Part shown: piece after piece, positions 9,042 to 18,314 of the stretch
How the letters are laid out: each line of letters begins with the position of its first letter
How positions within the stretch are numbered: position 1 is the stretch's first letter
DNA from: a virus
Lineage: Duplodnaviria; Caudoviricetes
Virus record (IMG/VR): IMGVR_UViG_3300026549_000046
Span: 1 to 64,000 of that record
Reading direction: 5' to 3' (one strand)
DNA: 64,000 nucleotides
The notes under the pieces: generated by a model
The model's database searches: none
Seen by the model: only the letters and a program-made list of their open reading frames with translations
Told to the model about the DNA's origin: nothing
Made by a program: the position numbers and the translations under genes

Positions 9042-9165
9042 AAGAATCAATGGCGAAAAGGGTAAAGCAGGAGGAAAAATCTGTAGAATATAACTTCTTA
9101 TTGGGTAGCTACTTTAAGATTATAAGTTATATTTGGTGTAGAGTTCGATTCTCTACTTGATTCTT
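9042..9165 (+). ncRNA. tRNA-like RNA with degenerate anticodon arm and very long extra arm
   Basis: AAGAATCAA/TTGATTCTT acceptor-like helix, TGGCGAAAAGGGTAAAGC D-arm-like, GTAGAG-TTCGATT-CTCTAC T-arm, internal AATATAACTT/AAGTTATATT helix. Confidence 0.65.
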
Positions 9166-9168
9166 TAA

Positions 9169-9241
9169 CTAGGTGTGGCGCAATAGGTAGCGCACGGCAT
9201 TTGGGATGCTGAGGTTGTCAGTTCAAGTCTGGTCACCTAGA
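9169..9241 (+). tRNA. tRNA-Pro(UGG)
   Basis: Cloverleaf; CGGCA-TT TGG GA-TGCTG; acceptor CTAGGTG/CACCTAG. Confidence 0.92.
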
Positions 9242-9279
9242 CTATTAGTAGATATTTTTTTTAACTTAATTAATTTAAA

Positions 9280-9870
9280 ATGAAGAAAGTTTTATTTTTA
9301 ATGTTGAGCCTTGTACTTTTCTGCTCATGCAACAGTTGTAAGAATGAAAAGAATGATAATGGAATTATTCCAGATTCTATGGTAGTAGAGAATATGATTT
9401 CTACAGATAAACAGGCAATGTACCTTATTAATAAAGACTATAGATGGTATGAGACTATGGTTCTTTTCAATAATTATTTGGATGAAGAAAATGATGGAAG
9501 TATTGCAGAAGTTGTAAATATTTTCCAAGCAATTAAAGATTATGACGGAAAAAGTTTTGATACTATGGTCTATAAGTTTCAACACTTTGCTAATGGAACT
9601 TGTGCAGTAGATTCTGTTGCAGGATTTTGGATTGAAGATTATCCTCTCGTAGACTCTGTAAAAATGATTCCATTTAAGCAAGCTTTTGAATTGACAAATC
9701 AAGTCAACCTTCCTAAACCTCATTCCCGTCATGCTTGTTTGAGAAATCCAATAGGCCCAAAGGAATGTAATCCACAATGGGTATTCGGTAATTTGGAATC
9801 TCAAATTTGGATTGATGCAGTAGATGGTACTGCTAAGAGTAGTAATCCTGCATTTCCTGAGAAAAAGTGA
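9280..9870 (+). CDS. Putative lipoprotein
   Basis: MKK plus hydrophobic stretch plus lipobox-like FCSC/NSC; C-terminal W.F...WIDAVDG resembles PepSY-like folds. Confidence 0.75.
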   Translation: MKKVLFLMLSLVLFCSCNSCKNEKNDNGIIPDSMVVENMISTDKQAMYLINKDYRWYETMVLFNNYLDEENDGSIAEVVNIFQAIKDYDGKSFDTMVYKFQHFANGTCAVDSVAGFWIEDYPLVDSVKMIPFKQAFELTNQVNLPKPHSRHACLRNPIGPKECNPQWVFGNLESQIWIDAVDGTAKSSNPAFPEKK

Positions 9871-9929
9871 TTTAAAATGCCTCTCGGCCTTGAATACATT
9901 GTTATTCATATCTGTTAAATTAAAGTTAT

Positions 9930-9953
9930 GGAGCTACGAGTTAGCTCCTTTTT
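9930..9953 (+). terminator. Intrinsic terminator
   Basis: GGAGCTA-CGAGT-TAGCTCC followed by TTTTT. Confidence 0.6.
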
Positions 9954-9955
9954 AT

Positions 9956-10028
9956 GCCTGTATAGCTCAATTGGTAGAGCAGCTGTATTGTAAACAGCAG
10001 GTTGTCGGATCATGCCCGGCTATAGGCT
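9956..10028 (+). tRNA. tRNA-Thr(UGU)
   Basis: Cloverleaf; GCTGT-AT TGT AA-ACAGC; acceptor GCCTGTA/TATAGGC. Confidence 0.88.
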
Positions 10029-10433
10029 CTAGCTTATATATAGTTGCAAATGTATATAAGACATAAGGCTAGATACTTTGTCTATCTAGGGGATAATGTA
10101 AATCCACAATCTTGTACGACAGGAGATTGTCCGTAGTTCAGTATTATCTTGTACATTTCGAGGAATTTACAAATACGAGCTGTCGTGTTACCGAAAAAGG
10201 GATTGTAGTAGGTATAAGACTAAAAATCAGAATCCCTGAACCCGTTAATATAAGTTCGAATCTTATAAGTACCGACCTTTAAGGTGCAGGAACTTTAAAA
10301 CAAGGCATTAACAGGTGACAGACCATTGGGTAATTCCATAGGAGTGCTGTTAATTTTAGTCTATCCGTACTAATCAGCCAGGAGAAAGATGGCAGATTAT
10401 AAGTTTTCTAGATTGTACGTAACAATCTAGTAT

Positions 10434-10515
10434 GGGTTCGTGACCGGAGATGGCATCGGGGAGCACTGTAAATGCTTTGCATCGCGCACGGGGAGTTCGA
10501 GTCTCTCAGGACCCA
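10434..10515 (+). tRNA. tRNA-Tyr(GUA)
   Basis: GAGCA-CT GTA AA-TGCTT, long variable arm, GGGAG-TTCGAGT-CTCTC. Confidence 0.9.
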
Positions 10516-10552
10516 CTATAGTAGATATTTCTTTTAACTAAAAAATGTAAAA

Positions 10553-11557
10553 ATGAAGAAAATTTGTTTAATGTTTACACTCTTAATGAGTGTAGTGATG
10601 ATTAATGCTCAAACAGCAATTCAAACAAGTAATGCTTTAGATAATATTTCTGTAGGTATTACTGGAGGAGTTTCTACTCCATTAGATTTTAATTCAATGT
10701 TTCCTTTGAATACCAATGTTGGATTAAAGATTCAAAAAGACTTTACTCCCGAATTTGGGCTTCAAGCTGAAGGAGTTGCATTTCTTAACAATAATCATTT
10801 TAATGATTTAAAAACTACAGTAAAGGCAACAAATGTAGGATTGAATGGTGTACTTAATCTTTCTAATATTTTTAGTGGATATAAAGGTTCTCCAAGAGTA
10901 TTTGAAATTAATACTGTAGCAGGATTAGGTTGGCTTTATAATTGGAATACTTCCATAAGTAATTTGTCTGCAAAAACTGGTTTAGATTTGGCATTTAATT
11001 TTGGAAAGGGACATTCTATTGTCATTACTCCAGCAGTTTACTGGAATCTAAACAAGCTTAGTGATATTACTTTTAATAAACACCATGCTCAATTAGCAGT
11101 AAATCTTTCCTATGTTTATCATTTTAAGACAAGTAATGGAACTCATTATTTTAAATTTTATGATATTGGTGCATTAAATGATGAAATTACTAGACTTAGA
11201 GCTGAAGTAGAAAATAAGCCTGAGAAAGTTGTAACTTATGTTGATAAGCCTGTAGAAGTTATTTCTAATATTCTCGTTAAAGATGAATATATTGTATTCT
11301 TCTCTCATGATAGTTATGTATTAGATGAATCCTCTAAAAGGTTATTAAACGAAATTCCAGAAGGAACTATTGTATCCATTATTGGATTAGCTAGTCCTGA
11401 AGGAACTCCAGAACATAATATTCAATTAAGCCAAAATAGAGCTGATGTTGTTAAACAATATCTTGAAAATAGAGGAGTAAATGTAGAAAGTGCCGAAGGA
11501 CTTGGTGTTCAAGGCCCAGCTACTAATAGAGTTGCCATTGTTAGAATTAAAAATTAA
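10553..11557 (+). CDS. OmpA-family outer membrane protein (Bacteroidota type)
   Basis: Signal peptide ending INA-Q, beta-barrel-like N-terminal part, C-terminal OmpA motif GLASPEG..HNIQLSQNRADVVKQYL...NRVA. Confidence 0.9.
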   Translation: MKKICLMFTLLMSVVMINAQTAIQTSNALDNISVGITGGVSTPLDFNSMFPLNTNVGLKIQKDFTPEFGLQAEGVAFLNNNHFNDLKTTVKATNVGLNGVLNLSNIFSGYKGSPRVFEINTVAGLGWLYNWNTSISNLSAKTGLDLAFNFGKGHSIVITPAVYWNLNKLSDITFNKHHAQLAVNLSYVYHFKTSNGTHYFKFYDIGALNDEITRLRAEVENKPEKVVTYVDKPVEVISNILVKDEYIVFFSHDSYVLDESSKRLLNEIPEGTIVSIIGLASPEGTPEHNIQLSQNRADVVKQYLENRGVNVESAEGLGVQGPATNRVAIVRIKN

Positions 11558-11590
11558 TAGGTTTAGCACTGCACCTTAAGCAGTGCATCT

Positions 11591-11678
11591 GGAAGATTGG
11601 CTGAGTGGTCTAAAGCAACGCACTGCTAACGCGTCAGTCGCCAAAAGCGGCTCGAAGGTCCGAATCCTTCATCTTCCA
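11591..11678 (+). tRNA. tRNA-Ser(GCU)
   Basis: ACGCA-CT GCT AA-CGCGT, long variable arm, acceptor GGAAGAT/ATCTTCC. Confidence 0.9.
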
Positions 11679-11954
11679 CAAACTGAAACTAAAAAATATT
11701 GTTACTACATACCTTAAATATTTATAATATACGATTTTGATTTATATCAAGTGTATAATCTTTGAATTTTAGTATTTAATGATATTCTTAATATAAGAAT
11801 TAGATAAATATATTATAAACTTTTAAAATTTGTAGTAAATTATGAAAAAGGTATTAAATTTATTTAAAAAATTGGGAAAAACTTACTTAGATAATTATAC
11901 TAAGGCATATGGTCCAATATTAGAAGCAGGTTGTAACCCATTTGTGTTTTAATT

Positions 11955-12374
11955 ATGAGAACAATTTTTTGTTTATTATTGTTTTGTGGATTTGTTTCTT
12001 CTAAGAACAATTCACAACACAATTTTTTAATTGAAGAAGTCAAAGAAGACTCCATTCCAGTGTTAAATTTTGATAATGTTAAAAATGAATTAATAAGAAG
12101 AAATATTCCATGTTGGGAGATTGTATTAGCTCAAAGTCAACATGAGTCTGGAAATTATACTTCCAGAATATGTAAAAAGAAGAATAATATATTCGGAATG
12201 AAAAGAAAAAATGGATATAAAAAATATTCTTCTTGGATAGAATGTATTGATGATTATGAACAAAGGTTTAGTAAACGCTATAAAGGAGGAGATTATTTCG
12301 AATTTCTAATAAAGGTTCATTATCATGAAGATCCTAATTATGAAATGTTAGTTAAAAAATTTATAAAGAAATGA
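11955..12374 (+). CDS. Glucosaminidase-family (GH73-like) peptidoglycan hydrolase with N-terminal signal
   Basis: IVLAQSQHESG, NNIFGMK, Y.SW.ECIDDY and YHEDPNY motifs. Confidence 0.8.
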   Translation: MRTIFCLLLFCGFVSSKNNSQHNFLIEEVKEDSIPVLNFDNVKNELIRRNIPCWEIVLAQSQHESGNYTSRICKKKNNIFGMKRKNGYKKYSSWIECIDDYEQRFSKRYKGGDYFEFLIKVHYHEDPNYEMLVKKFIKK

Positions 12375-12559
12375 CATTAGATTAGATAAAAGAAAAATGT
12401 TCTTAGGGAAAAGTTGGAATGATTCCTGGGTGGACTGGTTATATAAAATATGATTATTATAAAAAATAGATTTATTTTGTAAATGGTGATTATGTTATGA
12501 ATTAGTCCGAACTAGAACATAAAATCTCAAATAGAACTGATTTGTTGTATATAATATGA
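12371..12559 (+). CDS. TAG-recoded small protein (62 aa)
   Basis: MTLD*IKEKCS*GKVGMIPGWTGYIKYDYYKK*IYFVNGDYVMN*SELEHK...; 4 TAG; ATGA overlaps with both neighbours. Confidence 0.75.
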
Positions 12560-12720
12560 TTATATTGTTTATTATACTTCTAATATTAATGATTTTAGGG
12601 ATTATTTTTAGTCCTTATTTAGATTTTTTTAAAGATTATAGAGGAAAATATCATATAATCATATGGTATTTTTGGAAGGGAGAACGTAATTATATTAATT
12701 TATTGGGTAGTCAAGACTGA
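12556..12720 (+). CDS. Small membrane protein (54 aa)
   Basis: MIILFIILLILMILGIIFSPYLDFF...; one N-terminal hydrophobic helix; coupled start. Confidence 0.65.
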   Translation: MIILFIILLILMILGIIFSPYLDFFKDYRGKYHIIIWYFWKGERNYINLLGSQD

Positions 12721-12732
12721 CTACCTTTTTTT
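12706..12732 (+). terminator. Intrinsic terminator
   Basis: GGTAGTCA-AGAC-TGACTACC followed by T7. Confidence 0.8.
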
Positions 12733-13224
12733 ATGCCTATGTATATAAAAAAAGATTGGATTTATTTAGACTGGGGAAGGTATCTTTATATAGATATTAG
12801 TAATCCGAAAAAGACAATGAACAAACTTAAAGGAATATTTAAACCTTTAAAACGTTATTTTAGATTTGAACAAGGGTTGTATGCACCTTATCCAATATTA
12901 TGGGTTTCTAAACCTCATTTTATTCAAATAGTACTTCACGATGTAGGCTGGAAAGATAAATATGATACTCCAAGATTTGAGTACTCTCCATATATATGGA
13001 TTCATATCTATAAATGGAATTGGGTATGGTATTGGAGTTTGCCTTTACATCAAGTTAATAAAGACGATGAATATTGGGAGCAGGCTCTTTGGTATTTATA
13101 TTATACTAATACTATTAGTCAAGGATTAATTGATAAATCAGATATACAAAAAGCTAAAGAGAGTTGGCCTTGGCAGGATACAAAAGGAAACAGTACTTGG
13201 ACAGATGAATTTTTAGTAAAATGA
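12733..13224 (+). CDS. Trp/Tyr-rich hypothetical protein
   Basis: 163 aa ORF (WKDKYDTPRFEYSP); start uncertain. Confidence 0.75.
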   Translation: MPMYIKKDWIYLDWGRYLYIDISNPKKTMNKLKGIFKPLKRYFRFEQGLYAPYPILWVSKPHFIQIVLHDVGWKDKYDTPRFEYSPYIWIHIYKWNWVWYWSLPLHQVNKDDEYWEQALWYLYYTNTISQGLIDKSDIQKAKESWPWQDTKGNSTWTDEFLVK

Positions 13225-13415
13225 ATGAAGAGTATATTGATTATATAACAAGCCATTTTACTGATGATTTTTATGGTAGAATAGTAATAAAGAAAAAACC
13301 AAATCTGTAGAATGTATATTTGATTCGGATTTTGATGATTTTGTAAAAACTCATGATTGTATTGCTTGGGCAACTTTAAAAGCTATTTTAGGAAAAAAGT
13401 TTAAAATGGTAGAAT

Positions 13416-13868
13416 ATGACTAATTACCAGATATTTGTAGACGGTTCCTGTAGAGGAAATAAAAATGGAGGAATTGGAATAGTATGGATAAAGAATGGAG
13501 AAAAAGTATATGAGTATTCTAAAGGATTTAAAGATGTAACTAATAATCGTATGGAACTATTAGCAATAGGATATGCTTTATTATCCATTAAGAAACCTAT
13601 AGATTCTTTAGAAATAGTATCCGATTCTGAGTATGCTTTAGGATGTATATTTAATGAAAAATGGAATCCTAAAAAGAACGTAGAATTAATTGCAAGAATT
13701 AAAAAACAATTAATTAAAACTCAATCTCTTGTTAAAGAACCTATCAAGTATCGTCATGTTTATGGACATCAAAAAGAAGGAGGTTCTGACATGGTTTGGA
13801 ATAATAAAGCAGATTCTCTTGCTCAATTTGCTTCCCAAAATATTTTTAATTTGACGAATCAAATATAA
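13416..13868 (+). CDS. rnhA: Ribonuclease HI
   Basis: FVDGSC, TNNRMELLA, SDSEY, HVYGH, N..ADSLA. Confidence 0.95.
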   Translation: MTNYQIFVDGSCRGNKNGGIGIVWIKNGEKVYEYSKGFKDVTNNRMELLAIGYALLSIKKPIDSLEIVSDSEYALGCIFNEKWNPKKNVELIARIKKQLIKTQSLVKEPIKYRHVYGHQKEGGSDMVWNNKADSLAQFASQNIFNLTNQI

Positions 13869-14141
13869 TATTATAATTATTTGTAAGAGTATGATGTATA
13901 TGTGGTTTATTACAACAGTCTTAGAACTTGTTGCTTTCGTAATTTTCTTAGTAAAGTGGTATCAACTTAGGTAATAGTAGGATTATGACACAAAAAGAAA
14001 AAGATTATCTATATTGGCGATGCAAGATAAATTGGCACAATAAATACCATTGTTATATTGATGAATGGATTGATAATGTTTTGCCTCATCAATTAAAATA
14101 TTTTAAAAAGGAAATGGAAAATTTAATAAAACTAGGTAGTT

Positions 14142-14606
14142 ATGACACAAGAAGAAAAAGAATTATTGTTGAGAGACCTCAGCGCAAGATTGCCATATGG
14201 GGTAGAGGTAGACTATAAAGAGTATACGTATGATATACGTCATTGGAAGATAGATTCCTTACACAGCCCAGCATATAGCGAAAGTGGTATTCTAATAAAT
14301 ACAGACTATGAGGGTTGGATTAACTTTACAGAATATGAAGGATGTGGTATGTCAACTGGTTCAAGACCATTACATATTGAAAAAAACCTTCCTTTTCTCC
14401 GTCCGATGTCTTCAATGACTGAGGAAGAGAGAAACGAGTATCTGAGCATTAAGATGCAAGAGACGGAAAGAGTTGCCCTTGCAGAAGTGTATCGCCCAGA
14501 AGCCATTTCTGAAATAATGGATTGGCTCAACAAGCATCATTTTGACTATCGTGGGTTGATTGAGAAGGGTTTAGCGTTAGAAGCACCCAAAGGAATGTAT
14601 AAATAA
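14142..14606 (+). CDS. Hypothetical phage protein, paralog family A
   Basis: RDLSARLPYG...PFLRPMSSMTEEE...FDYRGLIEKGLALEAPKGMYK. Confidence 0.85.
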   Translation: MTQEEKELLLRDLSARLPYGVEVDYKEYTYDIRHWKIDSLHSPAYSESGILINTDYEGWINFTEYEGCGMSTGSRPLHIEKNLPFLRPMSSMTEEERNEYLSIKMQETERVALAEVYRPEAISEIMDWLNKHHFDYRGLIEKGLALEAPKGMYK

Positions 14607-14906
14607 CAATATTATGGCAGCAATTTGTGTTACAATGTTTATATGTTCAGTGATAATTGGTGCGTTTATTATAGTAGCAGCAAACAGCATTAAAGGAAAA
14701 TAAATAGCGTATGGTATCAAATCTATTTGGACTAATACTTATAGTTGTTGTAGGTGTCTATGACTTCGTAAATGAATTGAGAAAATATGAAATTAAACGA
14801 AGTTGAGATATGAGTTTATTTGTTCAATTTTTATTAGGGTATTTGTTCACGTTCCTTATTGGCTACAAATTAGGTCAACACAATAAAGTAAAAGGAGGAT
14901 TGAAAT

Positions 14907-15293
14907 ATGAAACAAGAAGAAAAATTTAAAGATGACGTGAGGACAAAGAATGAAATTATTGCTTTTGTAGAGCAAAGTATTCATCGAGGAGGTGGAACAC
15001 CTATACCACAAGAACAAGAAAATAAATGGATTGCTTGGCTTGAAAAACAAGGTGAGCAAATTTTTGCTAATTCTGCAAAAACTTGCAAGGACGAGCAAAA
15101 GCCCCATTGGAATATCGGTGATACACTTGCCTATTATGGTTTCTACTCAGATAGAGAAGGTGAGTGTGTGTTAGGTAAAGTTACTAATGTCGAGTTTGAC
15201 GAAGAGCAATGTGACTGGTTCTATACTTTTGAAGACGGAAGCGTCTATGATGAACAATCACTGTTAGAAGACCAAACTTATAAAAAGAACTGA
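14907..15293 (+). CDS. Hypothetical protein, paralog family C
   Basis: IAWLEKQGEQ linker followed by a WNIGDT module. Confidence 0.8.
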   Translation: MKQEEKFKDDVRTKNEIIAFVEQSIHRGGGTPIPQEQENKWIAWLEKQGEQIFANSAKTCKDEQKPHWNIGDTLAYYGFYSDREGECVLGKVTNVEFDEEQCDWFYTFEDGSVYDEQSLLEDQTYKKN

Positions 15294-15294
15294 T

Positions 15295-15489
15295 ATGGAT
15301 AAGTTACAGAAAGTAAAAGCCAAACTCGAAGAAATGAAGGCTAAGTATGTTCTTGAACACGACGAAGAAGAGTACCCATTACACTCTAATGGTTATGGCA
15401 TGTGGTGGAGTGGTTTCTTTAGTTGTTTGAAAGAGATTACATCAATTACCGATTCTGTAGAAAAAGAACACGCAATCAAGGAGAGTTGA
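15295..15489 (+). CDS. Hypothetical protein
   Basis: Packed ORF. Confidence 0.65.
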   Translation: MDKLQKVKAKLEEMKAKYVLEHDEEEYPLHSNGYGMWWSGFFSCLKEITSITDSVEKEHAIKES

Positions 15490-15829
15490 TATGAATACGA
15501 TTACACTTATACTGATAGCAATTGGGTTAATTATAGTTGTATCAGTAGCAGGATATTTGTGCTATGTAGGCTTTAATATACTGAAAGGTATTAGAGAAAT
15601 CTTGAATGTAGATAAAGTAAAGGAGGATTGAGATATGTGGTGGTTTAGTTTTATCGGTGGAGGTATTTGTCTTCTTGCTGCATTGAATATGTGTATATTG
15701 GTAAATAAAAGTAATAAACAATATTGAAATATGGATATTATTATAGGAATAGTTTTAGCATTATTTGGGTTGTGGTTTTTATACCGTGCAATATCATATA
15801 TTGCATCCTTTCTGAGACGAGATTGAGAT

Positions 15830-16090
15830 ATGATAACAGGATATTATATGACTAAAGAGTTTGTTCAGAGCAATATGTCTAATCTACTTGAGGACATTAG
15901 ACGTAACTGTATCAGCATCAACCTTGGTGTTGTTGATACAATGTGGGTATGTGACGTAATGAATAATGAGAAGATGGGCAGTCTAATTTCATTTGCATAT
16001 GAAAGCCCACAGTGTGATACACCTGTTGATGCACTGTATGATGCATATACTTGGTTAATCAAAAATGGCAAGATTGAACTTGATGCATAA
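15830..16090 (+). CDS. Hypothetical protein, possibly a distant family B member
   Basis: CDTPVDALYDAYTWL resembles CDNPIDAC..MILKL. Confidence 0.7.
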   Translation: MITGYYMTKEFVQSNMSNLLEDIRRNCISINLGVVDTMWVCDVMNNEKMGSLISFAYESPQCDTPVDALYDAYTWLIKNGKIELDA

Positions 16091-16258
16091 CAAAATTGAG
16101 ATATGAGTAACATTATTATTTTGACAGATAAAGAGTTAGAAGACCTTTATGACAAAGTTCCGAAGGAGTGTAAAGCGTATCACAAGATACTATTGGAATA
16201 TAAAAGGCTGAAGCATATTCCAATTAATCAAGGTGTTAATTTATAATAATAAGCAATT

Positions 16259-16537
16259 ATGGAAGAAAGAACTTGTTATAGTGTACCAAATCCGTATTTC
16301 CTTAGTGACAGGTTTGTATATGCTTATCATAAAGAACTTGGTACTGTATATATAAAACTTAATAGTTCTAAAGAAATAGAGGAAATTGGAGTTAATATAG
16401 TAAAACGTATGCACAATACACCACTTGACAAAATCAAAGAGTTGCGTGGATGTCGTGAAGCAAACGAAATAGAACAAACCCTTATTGAGCATATTGGTGA
16501 AGAATATTGGTATCGTATTTATAAAAACAGTAAATAA
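16259..16537 (+). CDS. Hypothetical protein
   Basis: ORF track; A-rich leader. Confidence 0.7.
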   Translation: MEERTCYSVPNPYFLSDRFVYAYHKELGTVYIKLNSSKEIEEIGVNIVKRMHNTPLDKIKELRGCREANEIEQTLIEHIGEEYWYRIYKNSK

Positions 16538-16546
16538 GATTGAGAT

Positions 16547-16882
16547 ATGAGTAAAAGAAGCGAAGAAGCAGCATTAAAATCCTACCCTAAAAAAAGAGAA
16601 GGAGATAGTAGAGGGTCTTATGATTCAAGCTCACTTACTAGGACAATATATAAACAAGGTTATGAGCAAGCAGAAAAAGATTTGCTGGACAAGTTAGAAG
16701 AAATTCAAGCTGAGTACAAAGGCAAATCACACGATGCTGAGTCTGAAAAAAACTACATCTATGTATTCGGACTATGCGATGCAACAGCACGTATAATCAA
16801 GTTTCTCAAGAATGATGAAGAGCAAACAGAATGGGATGGTACTGAAATAGCACCTCCAATAGATAGCGATGTGTGTGGTTAA
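16547..16882 (+). CDS. Hypothetical protein
   Basis: Starts at the repeat motif; YKQGYEQAEKDL. Confidence 0.75.
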   Translation: MSKRSEEAALKSYPKKREGDSRGSYDSSSLTRTIYKQGYEQAEKDLLDKLEEIQAEYKGKSHDAESEKNYIYVFGLCDATARIIKFLKNDEEQTEWDGTEIAPPIDSDVCG

Positions 16883-17121
16883 TTATAAACTTAAATGTGA
16901 TGGTAATTTTGATTCAATTTGTGATATACGGACTGATTGTATTAATCGTTATCATCGGAAGTATTTGGTGTTATATCCAAGAGAAAAAGGACTTTAACGA
17001 TGGTGTATGCCCTCGATGTGGAAAGTCTTTAGTACACTTTGATGATGATTCTCAAGGTGGTCAAGGATGGTGCTGTTATGATTGTAAATATTTTGTATGG
17101 ATAAGTTGGTTTAAAAAATAA
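16873..17121 (+). CDS. Membrane-anchored Zn-ribbon protein
   Basis: N-terminal hydrophobic helix, then FNDGVCPRCG...DSQGG.G..C..C; start uncertain. Confidence 0.7.
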   Translation: MWLIINLNVMVILIQFVIYGLIVLIVIIGSIWCYIQEKKDFNDGVCPRCGKSLVHFDDDSQGGQGWCCYDCKYFVWISWFKK

Positions 17122-17305
17122 TGAATATGGAAACAATGAAATTTTTAGGTAGACTGCTAAAGGCAGTTGATAAATCCACACAGGAACACAAGAATGCCCA
17201 GACCTAATCAGAGTATCTTTATGCTCAAGGAAAGATGGATGCATTTAAGCAGTGTGTTGAATGGATTGAGGAATTATCATAAGAGAAATAATGAATAAAT
17301 AAGGT

Positions 17306-17635
17306 ATGAACATCACGAAAGAAACGACAGATTGGGATATAGTTTATCATTACAAAAATGATTGCTGTAGGTTTGCTCTATATGCCTATAATGATGATAA
17401 GAATACTATGTATCTATCAAACGTAAAGGTAGAGCAATCAGCAAGAGGTCGTGGACTTGGTAACAAAATACTTGAACTCGCTGATAAAGAAGCTAAGAAG
17501 TACAATTATACTGTAATCTGTCTGAAGGTGCTAAAATCATCCTGGGTACACGATTGGTATGCTAATCACGGATATAGTGATTTCTGTTACGATGACGAAG
17601 ATGCTGATTACGTATGGATGAAACATACTTTATAA
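17306..17635 (+). CDS. GNAT-family acetyltransferase
   Basis: YLSNVKVEQSARGRGLGNKIL acetyl-CoA motif and WYANHGY. Confidence 0.9.
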   Translation: MNITKETTDWDIVYHYKNDCCRFALYAYNDDKNTMYLSNVKVEQSARGRGLGNKILELADKEAKKYNYTVICLKVLKSSWVHDWYANHGYSDFCYDDEDADYVWMKHTL

Positions 17636-18314
17636 CGAATAAACAAGATTGAGATATGATACAAGACACTTTGAAAACAGAAATTAAAAATGACATCAAG
17701 AATACGCTTTCTAAGTACGGATTGATGCGTGGCGATAAGTATGCAGCAGAGATATTGCAAGAACTTGCTACAGAATTCTCAAAGAATATTATTGTTAGTT
17801 CATTATATCCACCTTATTAATATTTGCTACTATGACAAGAGAAGAATTATTAGAACTGATACAGAACGATGAAGAAATTCAACGTGCTATTAAGGACGCA
17901 GTAGACAGTGAGAACTACCGTGCTGATGCAAGAGAAGCAGCAGCGTGGGTATAATAAAACAAGATTAAGATATGAAGTTAAATAAATCAAAAAAGGAAGG
18001 ACAAAAGTTCATATCGTATGTTAAGATGGGTAGTTTCGTTACAGGCATTTATAGGTCTGTTAAAACAGTGTCACATTCTCCAGAATCTTATTTAGTTAGA
18101 CCAATTGAAATATGAAGAAATTATGATTAAAATATACACTTATGAAGAACTGAAAGCAATGGGAGTTAAACCTATTATACAGATGTCTCCGTCAATTAGC
18201 GGAGTAAAAAGATGTAATTCTATCTTGCTTTCAAATAATAATTTCTCATCTGAGATTAAAACATATAATGGTTATAATATAGAAACTTGCAGCAAATGAA
18301 AGTAGTATGATATT

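Larger units (their letters stand above)
14802..18114 (+). repeat. Dispersed start-proximal repeat (A/G)TT(G/A)A(G/A)ATATG, about 10 copies
   Basis: Copies end at ATGs 14810, 14907, 15635, 15731, 15830, 16103, 16547, 17656, 17972 and 18112. Confidence 0.75.

Noticed and set aside
9824-10066. 80 aa ORF from the track
   Set aside because: Overlaps the lipoprotein end, a terminator and tRNA-Thr.
10279-11579. 11-nt inverted match TTAAGGTGCAG / CTGCACCTTAA flanking tRNA-Tyr and ompA
   Set aside because: Short enough to be chance, and the second copy is part of a local hairpin.
8578-11700. Amber suppressor tRNA(CUA) or tRNA-linked HDV-like (theta) ribozyme
   Set aside because: Anticodons read TAT, TGG, TGT, GTA and GCT; I could not build an HDV-like double pseudoknot after any tRNA.
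14802-18114. CRISPR array or integron attC array
   Set aside because: Repeats are only about 11 nt, non-palindromic, irregularly spaced and separated by ORFs; no cas or integrase gene.
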